Positions 53,430 to 64,000 of a stretch of 64,000 bases of DNA are shown piece after piece. The translations under genes and the position numbers were made by a program. The DNA is from Anolis carolinensis (taxonomy: Eukaryota), in NCBI RefSeq assembly GCF_035594765.1, contig NC_085841.1, positions 287,689,402 through 287,753,401 of the forward strand, read 5' to 3'. The stretch's first letter is position 1. The number at the start of each line of letters is the position of its first letter. The notes under the pieces are model-generated. The model did not search any database. It was given only the letters and a program-made list of their open reading frames with translations, and was not told the origin of the DNA.

Positions 53430-53762
53430 AGAAGCCCTTGGTGCCACAGCAGGTTAAACCACTGAGCTGCTGAACTTGCTGACTGAAAGTCAGCAGTTCA
53501 AATCCAGAGGGTGGGATGAGCTCACTCTGTTAGCTCCAGCTTTCACCAACCTAGCAGTTTGAAAACATGCAGATGTGAGTAGATCAATAGGTACTGCTCT
53601 GGCAGGAAGGTAACGGCACTCCATGCAGTCATGCTAGCCACATGACCTTGGAAGTGTCTATAGACAATGCTGGCTCTTCGGCTTCAAAAAGGAGATGAGC
53701 ACCAACCTCCCAGAGTCGGACACAACTAGACTTAATGTCAGGGGAAAACCTTTACTTTTACC
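53430..53762 (+). mobile_element. Sauria SINE, full length
   Basis: tRNA-like head, core ggaaggtaacggcactccatgcagtcatg, BovB-like tail gagtcggacacaact, (ACCTTT)-type end; 12-bp TSD tataaacaa(t/c)tt. Confidence 0.88.
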
Positions 53763-54585
53763 TATAAACAACTTGTTCAGAAAATGCTATATTTTTTTCA
53801 GTCTGGAATGCTGCTAATCTTTCAAGCATCCGCTTTTTGAATACACAAGCATCAAAATTACAATTTCACAAGCACACTTAAATACCTAAGGTCAATACTT
53901 AATCATATGTCAAGTGTCAAAGGGATGGTATGAGTAGCATGCTACATATAAAATAGTTTTAAAAAGCATAAAATGGATTGGACCATTTAATCGTAATACA
54001 AAATCTCACTTCATTCTTCTCTTATATATTTCCTTAGTGTTCACAAGGGACACACAAACTAATGTTCCCAAAAGGGGTGGATAGATAGATAGATAGATAG
54101 TAGGCTTGATCGATCCATGAAAAATTTGATTCTAAACTCGTTTCAAAACTAGAGGGGGCAGTTTTTCGTTTTTGTTGCTAATAACGAATTTGGCCCCCAA
54201 AATTTTTCGAAATTAACGAAAATTCGTTATTTTCTAAATTAATTCGTTAATGGCGGACGCGCATGCGCGGTGGCCCAAAAACAGCCCGAAGGGGGGGGGG
54301 GACTTAGGGGGCTCTCCCGCCCTCATTTTTTGAGTGATCTTCTTCAAACTTGGTACAGTGGTAGAACACATTTAACACTGATAGCTCACCAAAATGTGGA
54401 ACGTTTCCCTTATCCTCTGATTTTTGGCAAATTTTCATAGCTTTTATAATAAACCTTTTTTTAATAATTGCAGTAATCTGTTCCTGGTTTGAAAGTCTTA
54501 TTTCCTGTTAAATTGGGTTGTCTTTACTGTGAAAGTCATTGTTCTACTTCAGAAACTTTGTTTTTGTGGCTGAAACTTTGTTAAA

Positions 54586-54722
54586 NNNNNNNNNNNNNNN
54601 NNNNNNNNNNNNNNNNNNNNNNNNNNNNNNNNNNNNNNNNNNNNNNNNNNNNNNNNNNNNNNNNNNNNNNNNNNNNNNNNNNNNNNNNNNNNNNNNNNNN
54701 NNNNNNNNNNNNNNNNNNNNNN
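54586..54722. other. Assembly gap (137 N)
   Basis: Run of N. Confidence 0.99.
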
Positions 54723-54860
54723 TTGACGTTAAGTTCAGTCATGTCTGACTCTGGGGGTTGGTGCTCATCTCCATTTCTAAGCCCAAGAGCCAGTGTTGTC
54801 CATAGACACCTCCAAGGTCATGTGGCCGGCATGACTACATGGAGTGCCATTACCTTCCCA
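54723..54860 (-). mobile_element. Sauria SINE 3' fragment
   Basis: Reverse complement of about 53600-53740. Confidence 0.8.
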
Positions 54861-55225
54861 GAAACACCCAGAAAATGGGAATTCCAGACAGGAAACAATC
54901 AGGGCCAGCTAATACCTCCCAACAAAGGATTCCCCCAGGTAGGAAGCAGCCAGGCTTTGAAGCTGCAAGGCTATTCAATGCTAATCAAGGTGACCAATTG
55001 CAACATTCACACTTGCCTCCCACAGACAAGAGTTCTTTCTCCCACCCTGGACCTTCCACAGATATATAAACCCCACTTGCCTAGCTTCGCACAGACGTCA
55101 AAACCTCTATGTCTGCCACAGATGTGGGTGAAACGTCAGGAGAGAATGCTTCTGGCACATGGCCATAGAGCCCGGAATACATACCACAACAGTGTGATCC
55201 CGGCCATGAAAGCTTTCGACAACAC
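54861..55225 (+). mobile_element. Penelope-like element 3'/pLTR fragment
   Basis: ...gatgtgggtgaaacgtcaggagagaatgcttctgg...ccggccatgaaagctttcgacaacaca; same sequence as 50881-50975 and 20096-20236. Confidence 0.75.
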
Positions 55226-57285
55226 AACCACAGTATCCATTCAAGTTCATGTAGCGTAGTATGGACTGGAGACCTGTATTGGGGGGAGGGAGGGTGCGAA
55301 TCTGAGCCCCTGGGAGCAGCCGAGGACGGGCCTGGCCCACACCCCCTCGCATCCCGGGCCTCTTCCTTCCTCTTCCTTTTGTTATTTAAACTATATATTG
55401 TGAAATTATGGTGTGTTTTTTTTCATGCGTGTTCTGTGTTCAAGATAGGGAGACCAAAGAGGAAAAGCAAGGGAGGGACGGAGGCCCCAACACTTCCGGC
55501 TCCCATGCGAACTCCCCCCTTGTGTGCCTTGGAGGGTGGAGCATGCGCACTGGCTCTCCCTTTCTCTATGGCTCTTTTCAGGTCGCTTGGGAACCCAAAG
55601 TGCCTCCTCCCTTTGCCTTTGTGTCCAAGAAGGAGAGAAGGACGTTGCAAGGTTTGCATTGAGGGTGTTTCTCTGGTGGGTTTGGCTTGGAAGGGGGCTC
55701 ATTAAGGCCCAATTAATTAATGCACTGAGCTGAGGCGAGGCGGCGGCGGCGGCCATTTCCCCCCTCCGTCTTCCTCCTCCTCCTCGGCCTCCTTCCCCCT
55801 CGCCCCCTCCCATTGGCTGAGCCTCCCATTGGCTGAGGGGCAAAAGGAAAGGAGTTTGGGTGCTTTGCAAAAGCTCTTTTTTCTTAACGAAAAAAACGAA
55901 GAAATTAGAAAAAACGGCCTCTCGCGATTCGAAACCGCGATATCCAGACGTGTGGACAACCAAGGTTCGATATTGCTTCAAAACAATAGAAAATAACGAA
56001 TCAATAACGGTAAACGGGGAAAACGAATTATTTGAGCAAGCCTAATAGATAGATAGATAGATAGATAGATAAATAAGCTCAGAAACAGCAGATCTGCACA
56101 AAACAATACAACTTTAAAAACATGTTGTTGTATACTAAAATCCCACTGTCGTTTTACTTGCATGTAAACTCAGCATTAAAACCCACATATTCATGGAATT
56201 GGTATCTACAGTTTCATTTATCCATCTCCAACAAAATATGTCCTCATCAGGCATTTTCTAAGTCCTTCAGAGCAACACTGTGGTATTCTTGTTCCAGATG
56301 TCCTTAATCTCAGTAAGGTCATTATTATTTGTGATTTGTGCATCCACACAAAGTTCAGGAACATATCCCTGTGGATATGAGGATCATGCTGTATATGCAA
56401 GGGCCATGCTAGCTCCCTTTTTACTATTCCAGGTTCTCATTGGTTTCTGCACATGGAAAATGATTCTCTTCAGGGAGAAGACTTGAAGACTCCGTCCATG
56501 GCAATTTCTTGAGATTTAAAACACTCTAAAAATAGAATTCTCAGTCTTGAGAAAAAACCTCTACTCACAGCCGCCCTCTGTCATTGGGAGGACATTACCA
56601 ACAGTGGGAGAGAGGCACAACATATCAGCATTGATTTGGCATATTATCCCTTTGTACACAGAAATCCAAAACATGCTTATCCTATGTTGCTGTTCTCATA
56701 TGAAAGTTTAACACATATGGAGAGGATGAAGGATGATCATATGTGGGCTGTCTCTCCTATCAAAACCAGATTAAACACTGAGCAGAAATTGTGAGGGAAA
56801 AATTGAGGAGGTAGCTTCTTTTTCCAGGTTAGTTATGTCTTCAAAGCGTACGTATACATAAGATTAAGTGACATACCGGATACCATGGGTTCAAAATGTA
56901 TATGGTATGATTATAAAGATAGAGTAAAATTTATTCTCAGGGCCCAGTTTTACTTATCACTCAACATAAATCAATGCACAGAACCTGAGAGAGAACAAAT
57001 CTTTAAATGTAACCCATACTTAGAACTAGTCCCGCCCACTCTCAAAAGGCAGCCAGCAGGTGAAACTTTTATTCTACGATCCTCCTCCTACTTCAAACAG
57101 AATTTTAAAGGTGGATCTCAACAATTACTTTTTCCATTTCTAACTATCTCATGCTTCCTCGTAACATATTCCACCATTTTTAATTAACACAGAAGAATCT
57201 GTAAAGGAAAGAAAAACAGAATGGCTGCAAAATGTCTTTTGATGCAAGATATCCAAGATTTTTTCTTCTGGATTGACCTTAAGTG

Positions 57286-58017
57286 TGTTGTGGCTCAGTC
57301 TGATGATGAAGGAGGGCTTTGGGTTTTACAGTCTGAAAATGTTGTACAGTCTGAGCACCAGAAGACTCTGAGTGTGCCACAGGCAGGGAGCCAGGATGAG
57401 GTATCAAAGGCTTCAGATCAGCATGACCCGGTGAAAGATTCACAGCTTTCAGAGTCAGAATGAGTTAAGGGAAGTCAACAATTGCCAGATGTTTCACTTT
57501 CAGATAACGATAATGAGAGAGAGCAATTAGACAGAGAGGCGAGGTTACTCTTGAGAACCAGGCTTCCCTGGTGTTCTCTAAGGATTTCTGCCAGGAAGCG
57601 GGGAGTTCAAGGTCAAAGGAATGCATTAATGTCTTGCAAAAATGGGTAAATAGAGGAGATGTTGGGATAGCATCTCAGATCAAACAACTTTACTTTTGGA
57701 GCAAGATCTCCTGCTTTGTTCCTGTTTCAAGCCTCAAGCTCTAGTTCAAGTTTTGCCTGTATATTTTGGGGAAGTATTTTTGCCTTCATGTTCCTGTTTG
57801 TAGCATGTACTTTGGACTTTGCTTGGAAGATCATGTCCCTGTTTAAGCTTTGATATATAGGGATTTACTTACTGTTTTCTAGGACTTTGGATTCTATTTT
57901 GATTACTGCATTTTCTTACTGCATTTTTACTTTACTTTTTGCTAATAAACTGTTTATACCAAGTCTGTCTCAGTGGTGTGTGTTGAGAGCAAGGTGGACC
58001 TTTGCTGGGGTGCAACA
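57286..58017 (+). mobile_element. Solo LTR (732 bp) of a third Gypsy-like family
   Basis: TGTTG...CAACA termini; 5-bp TSD AAGTG at 57281-57285 and 58018-58022; AATAAA at 57944-57949. Confidence 0.88.
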
Positions 58018-58583
58018 AAGTGATCCCTACTTTATGTGTACAAGCCCAAAAATGAGACCCCCTCTACATCACTTTTAAACTGAAGGGGACCATAAGTTTC
58101 AATTAGTATGTATTTTTAGCATTTTGTTCACCTGAAGGGAGTAAAAAGAAACAAAAAAGTAAAACAGTAACAGCAAAAAATACAAAACCACAGCTCTATT
58201 GTATTCTCTTTTTCTGTGATTTAATTTAATCAATTGAGTTTGAAGAACCATTGCTTCTAATTTTTAAGCATCCAGAACCCATCTCTCAGCCTAAGTCATT
58301 ACTAAGTTGTTATAATATAGGGGGAAGTATATCTAAAGTCTATTACAAGATCCTACATGTACCTACAAGTGCACTTTCCTATCTGCTAACAATTAGGAAA
58401 GCTTGGTTAATTTGGAAGCTCTTGACAGTACCCTTGGTTGCCATGCCATGTCAGGCACAAATAATCAGATGCACAGCCCCAAGAAATTCACTAAAGTATT
58501 ATAAAAAGACACAGATGGAGGAAGAAAATAAAACAAACATTAATTCATATGTTACACAGAAATGTTCTGTTAAGAAGTGGTTA

Positions 58584-58900
58584 CACTGAGCCCTGGTATC
58601 TTCTGGGATTTGGTTTCTGGGTTCCCGTGGATGCCAAAATCCCAGAGTGCTCAAGTCACATTATAAACAATGGCATAATAAAATGGCATACCACACATAA
58701 ATGGCAAACAACTCAAACAAGTGCCAGAGAGAATCCAAAGATCTGTGAAATTACAAGAAGGTGCAGCATGATATGCCCATATGTCAGTGTAGTGTTTGGC
58801 ATATGGCTAAATGAAAGATCACTTTTTGAACTTTAAAAAAATATTTTCAATCAGTTGGTTGAATCCATGCATGCAGAACCTACGGATATGGTAGACTAAC
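58584..58900. mobile_element. Tigger/MER2-like MITE; related copies at about 19595-19800, 27135-27355 and 32830-33010
   Basis: ggatgccaaaatcc...gctcaagtc and gttggttgaatccatg...gcagaacc blocks typical of MER2-like elements. Confidence 0.55.
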
Positions 58901-58901
58901 T

Positions 58902-59110
58902 ACCGTGTTTCCCCAAAAATAAGACGATGTCTCATGTTAATTTTTGCTCCCAAAGATGCGCTAGGTCTTATTTTCAGGTGATATCTTATTTTTCCATGAA
59001 GAAGAATTCACATTAATTGTTGAACAAAAAAAATGAACATTTATTATATACTGTACAGTAGTTGTCATCACAAACCAGCATAACCAGACAAACTGTGAAT
59101 CCTATCAAGA
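58902..59110. mobile_element. Tc2/pogo-like DNA transposon end fragment
   Basis: TA followed by CCGTGTTTCCCCAAAAATAAGAC, with internal inverted gtcttattttc repeats. Confidence 0.55.
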
Positions 59111-61892
59111 ATGTATTGTTTTCACTTTCATTTTTTAGATGTATTTCCATCTATATCCCTAAATCCAGAAACTGGATCAGAACTGCCAAATTCCTATACC
59201 TCACCCTGATGTGATTTTTCCAGATGGGATGGACATAGCCATATTAGCAGGTCTACAATTATCCTCTAAACCTGCTTTTGTCCCTAATTGTTTTTGAAAA
59301 AAATGTTATTAATTCCCAGTAGTTCCTCCAAAGAATTCAAAAACAATAAAGTTTGAACTTTACTAAGAAGCCATTTAACTGGATATTATTGTTGTGTGCC
59401 TTTGGCTGTCATTTTTTACTTTTGGCAACCTTGTGATTGGGTTTTCTTGGCATGTTTTGTTCAGACATGGCTTTCCCTCCTCTGGGATTGAGAATGTGAT
59501 GTCTCTAAGGTCATCCAATGGGTTTTCATTTTTCATGGTGAAACAGGGATTCAAATCCTGTTCATCAGAGTCACGGTCTTAACGCTCTTAACAATTACAC
59601 CATGCTGGCTCTCTAGGCACACTGTTCTCTTTTCTCACTGGAAGTATCTTGAACTGAATGTACAAACAATATGCTGTAATGGAAGGGGGTGTCTGCTGAG
59701 GGATGGATTATTTATATGCATACCTAACACTCCTCTTATATCTACCCACCCACCACTGCCTTCTGTGCAAGAATGAATATAAGCATTACTTTCTCCTGCT
59801 TACAATTGAATCTTCCTTTGGCCTTGTCAAACTATTAGTTTTTCCAACAATACCTGCACAGCTCTGACACATTTGTTACATGAGACATAAATTAAATATC
59901 TCTTCATATCTGCTGAAAGCTACTGTTTCTGCAGGGACAACACATTTTCCCAATGCAAGAAAATACAACAGATTATCAGAAGAAGGCTGCTCTTCCCCTA
60001 GTAACTCATCAAATAAAGGTATGCCATCTGATATCTAAACAAACTACTACCCGATAGACTTATGTCCAAGTCTAGAAATTTAAGTTAAAAATTTAATCCT
60101 AAAAACCTGGGTCAATTTATCCATGGGTCAATATGAATACTGCACCTTAACTCGCATCAAAGAAGAAATCGTCCTTGCTTAGTCCATCTCCCAGGATGGA
60201 CTAAGCGAGATCTTAGTCCATTCTGGAAGAACCTAAAAGAGACATCACCCCTCTACTCTCTACAGTGGTACTGCTTCTAGCCTTTTTAATGCCTGGGTGG
60301 GAAAATGGCAGCAGTTTTCAAGGGTAAATACCCTCTTGAGCTGCCATTGCTGCTTTCTCCTCTCTATGGAATCTTAATTTATCCACAAGTCATGTAAAAA
60401 TCCATTAGTTTGGTCCTAAAACTTGTCTTCAAATTATACATAAGGTCAACTGATGTATAAGCATGTACAGCATTTCCCTTCTGTCAGGCTTGTGTGTGCT
60501 GTACACAGTCTGCACTATTAATCTGATAAGAACCATGAAACTCTGCAGCCCCTTGGCAAATCACAATTAACTGTTTTGGCCTGTAGCTAGAAGCTACATG
60601 GTACTAATTCAATGCCACATGTTTTACTGGACATTCTTATTGGGATGTACAAGCTTTCAATTCAAAGAATGTCATCGATGAGAAAATCCACAGACAGCTT
60701 TTCTTTCACACTGAGCAAAAGCACCACTTGACACTCCCAGATATAAGCATGTCAAAGAGCCTAAGACAACTGAGCTATCAATCAGCATCAGGAAAGGAGC
60801 AGTTCAGTTAATTGAGGCTCTAAGGAGAACAGGATCAAGTTCATTATCTCTTTTTTTTTCAGTCCTTCACAAGCAGTGTTTACAAGATGTCAGGATTTGC
60901 CGAATTTGCTTCCACATCTACATTTAGAAAGAAACACAAAGAAAAGGAGGAAAATTTATCAGAAGTGTGGATGTAGCCCTCATTTAATAGATGAGTCAAG
61001 ACTGGGGAAATGCAAGAAGATAAGCATTCATCTCTCCAACCATGAAGCATCTGGGTCATTTAGGGAGACATGACAAAATGCTAATCGGTCCATATTTTAG
61101 ATATAGTAAAGAATGTTATGAAGTATTGGATAGAACATACTTTTGTCAGCTTCTTCTTGCCAGGACACACACAAATCCTACTCTTTGCCTACTCTTTAAG
61201 CTCTAGTGCGATAAGGTATTATTATTCAGTAGTCTTGGTGACAAAGCAGAAATGTAATAAGAAAGCATAATCACACACAATATGCATGATTTGGAACCAT
61301 GAAAAAGCAGAAGATCCTTGTCTTTATCATTCATGAAGTCCAGACATACAACCTCTCCAATATCTGTATGTGTGTGTATGTCATGTTATCACAATTCACT
61401 GAAGATTTGGACCTAGCTAGGCAACAAAGACTTGTAAATAAAAAAGAAAAAGCCAAGCAATCTACAGGCATTTGAATTATCCACTGATTGGAAACTGATT
61501 GAATCTCTATTTCTGCAACTAACTAGAACTGAAAGGAACTTTCTTAAAAAGGAAATACAAAGGCTCTAGGGACTTGGGAAATTTGTCAACCTATTCTTAT
61601 GTTTGAAGATATGCTAAGTATTCAAGGTGATCCCTCTCACAATGTCCCACTTTATTTGGTCAAGATACACGAAATAAATTTCATGCTATGCATTATATCT
61701 GGATGACTCTGAAAGGGGAAAAGACAAATATGTGGAAGATAAGCAAGTCTGTAAAATGTCCATTAATCACAATGCAAATCTGCCAGATGAGGCTGAACAA
61801 TTTGGTGATGGAGGTTGTCAATGTTTCCTTGAAAGAGATTTAAGTTCCAATTAAAAAACCTCTGCTAAAGAGACCTTTTTTGAATCCCACTG

Positions 61893-63294
61893 CCATAGAT
61901 ATACTCGAAGATAAGCCGTTTTTCAGCCCTTATTTAAGAGCTGAAAAAGCCTCTCCCGGCTTATATTCGGGTCAAGGTCAAGCCAGCAGCCGGAGCCTGG
62001 AGGCCACAGTATGTTTTCTTTTCCAAAACCTCCCTTTCGCTTCTCCTCCCAGGCTGGCTATCTTATTTTTTTGAGAAAGCGAGACAGAGACAAGAAGCAA
62101 ATGTTTTCAAAAGCGAAAGGAGAATATGAGAGGAAACCCTTGCAAGCCAGATTGAATGGGTAGAAGGGGAAGGAAAAAAGATATTCTTGCAAATTTGCAT
62201 GATTCATTACTATGACTATTATTATTATTATTATTACTACTACTACTACTATTATTGCAAGAACATTTGAGTCCAAAGGGAGGAAAGGAGGGAAAAGAGA
62301 GCAACAGAAGGTGTGTATTTTTTTTTATTCCTAAGGAAACAAAAATGAGGTGGGCTTTTTTGGGAGGGGGAGAGAAGTTTTAAAAAGCCTTTTCTGGCTA
62401 CTTTTAGAGTTTGAAAAGGGGAGAAAGAAAAGAGGTGGGAAAGGGCAGGAGAAAAGAGGACAAAGTTGTTTTAGGGGGGCTTTGCTTGCATTTCTTCCTT
62501 GGGTAAATGCATGCCCCAGAGCTTCTAAATATTTATATATATGTTCCCCCTACAAATAATTTAATATATGAATTTTCCCCTCATATGTTTACAGGTCTTT
62601 GCAAATCCTATGTAAATATAGATAGAGATTTCCATGTACCTGTAGATCTGTTCCTATATGTATACATTAATTTTATATATGAATTTTATATGAATTTTAC
62701 CCTCACATGTTTGCAAGTGCAGAGGGAAAATGCGCACGCGCGCGCGCACACACACACACACACAGAGATGTCTAGATAGATATAAATATTGATAAATCAG
62801 GCTTACAAATATTGCAGGAGGAAAATGCACATAGAGGATTTGCAAAGGTTTCAGGGGGAAAATACACATGTGAAATTAGTATATATAATGATAGATCTAT
62901 ACCCAGGTCTGCATTATTTATGTAGGCATTATATGTTTGCCTGTTACTATGTTGGAAGCTGACCTGCGTCCCCAGGGGGAGAGAGAGAGGGCAGGGTACA
63001 AATGAAGCTGTTGTTGATGATGATGATTATTATAAAATTATTGTTGCTTTTCCACTTATAGAGTTAGCTTACTGTTTTTCTTTGAAATACAGTAAATATT
63101 CAAAACATTTAACCCACTGATGCCTCAATTAATGCAATTTTATTGGTATCTAATTTTATTTTTGAAATTTACCAGTAGCTGCTGCATTTCCCACCCTCGG
63201 CTTATACTCGAGTCAATAAGTTTTCCCAGTTTTTTGTGGTAAAATTAAGTGCCTCGGCTTATATTTGGGTCGGCTTATACTCGAGTATATCTGG
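61893..63294. mobile_element. Non-autonomous Tc1/mariner-superfamily element
   Basis: Terminal and subterminal ggcttatactcgagtata repeats, TA flank; reverse-complement match to 30560-30873. Confidence 0.7.
62731..62764. repeat. (CG)n(CA)n alternating purine-pyrimidine tract
   Basis: tgcgcacgcgcgcgcgcacacacacacacacaca. Confidence 0.9.
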
Positions 63295-63359
63295 TAAGTA
63301 TCTGCCATCTTCTAATGTTCCTTTTGAAAGTACAGTCTAAGAGCAAGTGGTGGCAGCAC

Positions 63360-63470
63360 AACTCCAGGTTTCTTGAATGAAATGGACTACTTAGATCCAT
63401 TCCAATCTGGGTTCAGATCTGCTTATCAGGCAGAAACCTTAGTCACCTCTGTCGATAATCTACTGACTGG
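63360..63470 (+). mobile_element. L2 ORF2 fragment
   Basis: DYLDPFQSGFRS...ET motif. Confidence 0.65.
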
Positions 63471-63480
63471 TACCTGAACA

Positions 63481-63830
63481 GAGAATGGGTCGAAGATGTC
63501 AATGCCTTGGTTCTTTAATTGCTGGCTGCTACTTCCCGGAGGATGTCAGGTGGTGCAATGCCAGCTAAACAGTATAATTTCTCCAGTGGTGTGGGGCGTA
63601 GACATCCTGTGATCATGGGGCATGTCTCATTAAGGGCCACATCCACTGTTTTAATTTGGTGAGATGTATTCCACACTAGGCATGCATATTCAGCAGCAGA
63701 GTAGCAAAGCACAAGGGCAGATGTCTTCACTGTGTCTGATTGTGATCCCTAGGTTGTGCCAGTCAGTTTTTGTGCAATGCTATTTCTAGCACCCACTTTT
63801 TGCTTAATAGTCAAGCAGTGCTTCTTGTAA
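63481..63830 (-). mobile_element. Non-LTR retrotransposon ORF fragment (Vingi/Ingi-like)
   Basis: ORF 63515..63730: SALVLCYSAAEYAC.VW...DVALNETC..ITGCLRPTP...LAGIAPPDI, a post-RT region. Confidence 0.75.
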
Positions 63831-64000
63831 TAATATCCTCATTTCCCTGAGGATATATTTGCACTGTAGAATTAATGCAGTCTGACACCACTTTAGTTAC
63901 CCTGTAGGGGTTAGTATGCACCACCACTTCTTGGCAGAGAAGGCAAAAGACCTTGTAAAGCTACAACTCTCAGGATTCCATAGCATTGAACCACGGCAGT

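Larger units (their letters stand above)
54101..56044. mobile_element. Non-autonomous hAT DNA transposon related to 37384-39355 (opposite orientation), with nested SINE and Penelope pieces and an assembly gap
   Basis: TIRs TAGGCTTG / CAAGCCTA; 8-bp ATAGATAG flanks within a (GATA)n array; shares reverse-complemented blocks with about 38880-39350. Confidence 0.75.

Noticed and set aside
55406-55981. 191-aa minus-strand ORF
   Set aside because: Low-complexity product of the GC-rich interior of the hAT element, with no domain
33486-64000. NELL1 exon 4 equivalent (171 bp)
   Set aside because: No match to YFELESSG...HVDCNR was found by eye; it presumably lies beyond the right edge

Overview
Vertebrate genomic DNA, almost certainly squamate and probably anole lizard (Sauria SINEs, Penelope, CR1, L2, Vingi-like LINE and many DNA-transposon MITEs; one 137-N assembly gap). 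The whole window lies inside NELL1, transcribed on the minus strand. Five coding exons are recognisable (97, 73, 83, 135 and 103 bp; they match human exons 5-9 as recalled, covering the end of the TSPN/LamG domain, the coiled coil and the first VWC domain). Everything else is intron. The largest insert is a young, full-length but disabled Gypsy chromovirus of the Tf1/sushi type (43591-49824, 5-bp TSD). Two LTRs from other families are also present (<1-895 and solo LTR 57286-58017). Main observations: (1) pol has no stop before the 3' LTR and reads 86 codons into U3; all three dissimilar LTR families carry an acidic open frame starting at LTR nucleotide 2, and two end in an HMGN-like RRSLRI(A/S)AR motif, suggesting a U3-encoded chromatin-targeting tail on integrase. 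(2) The element has a complete tRNA-independent self-priming architecture, but a 5'-LTR-specific deletion removes the TATA box. (3) Large non-autonomous hAT elements are packed with housekeeping-promoter motifs. (4) Penelope remnants carry minimal hammerhead ribozyme motifs. All family assignments come from motif recognition by eye; no database search was run.
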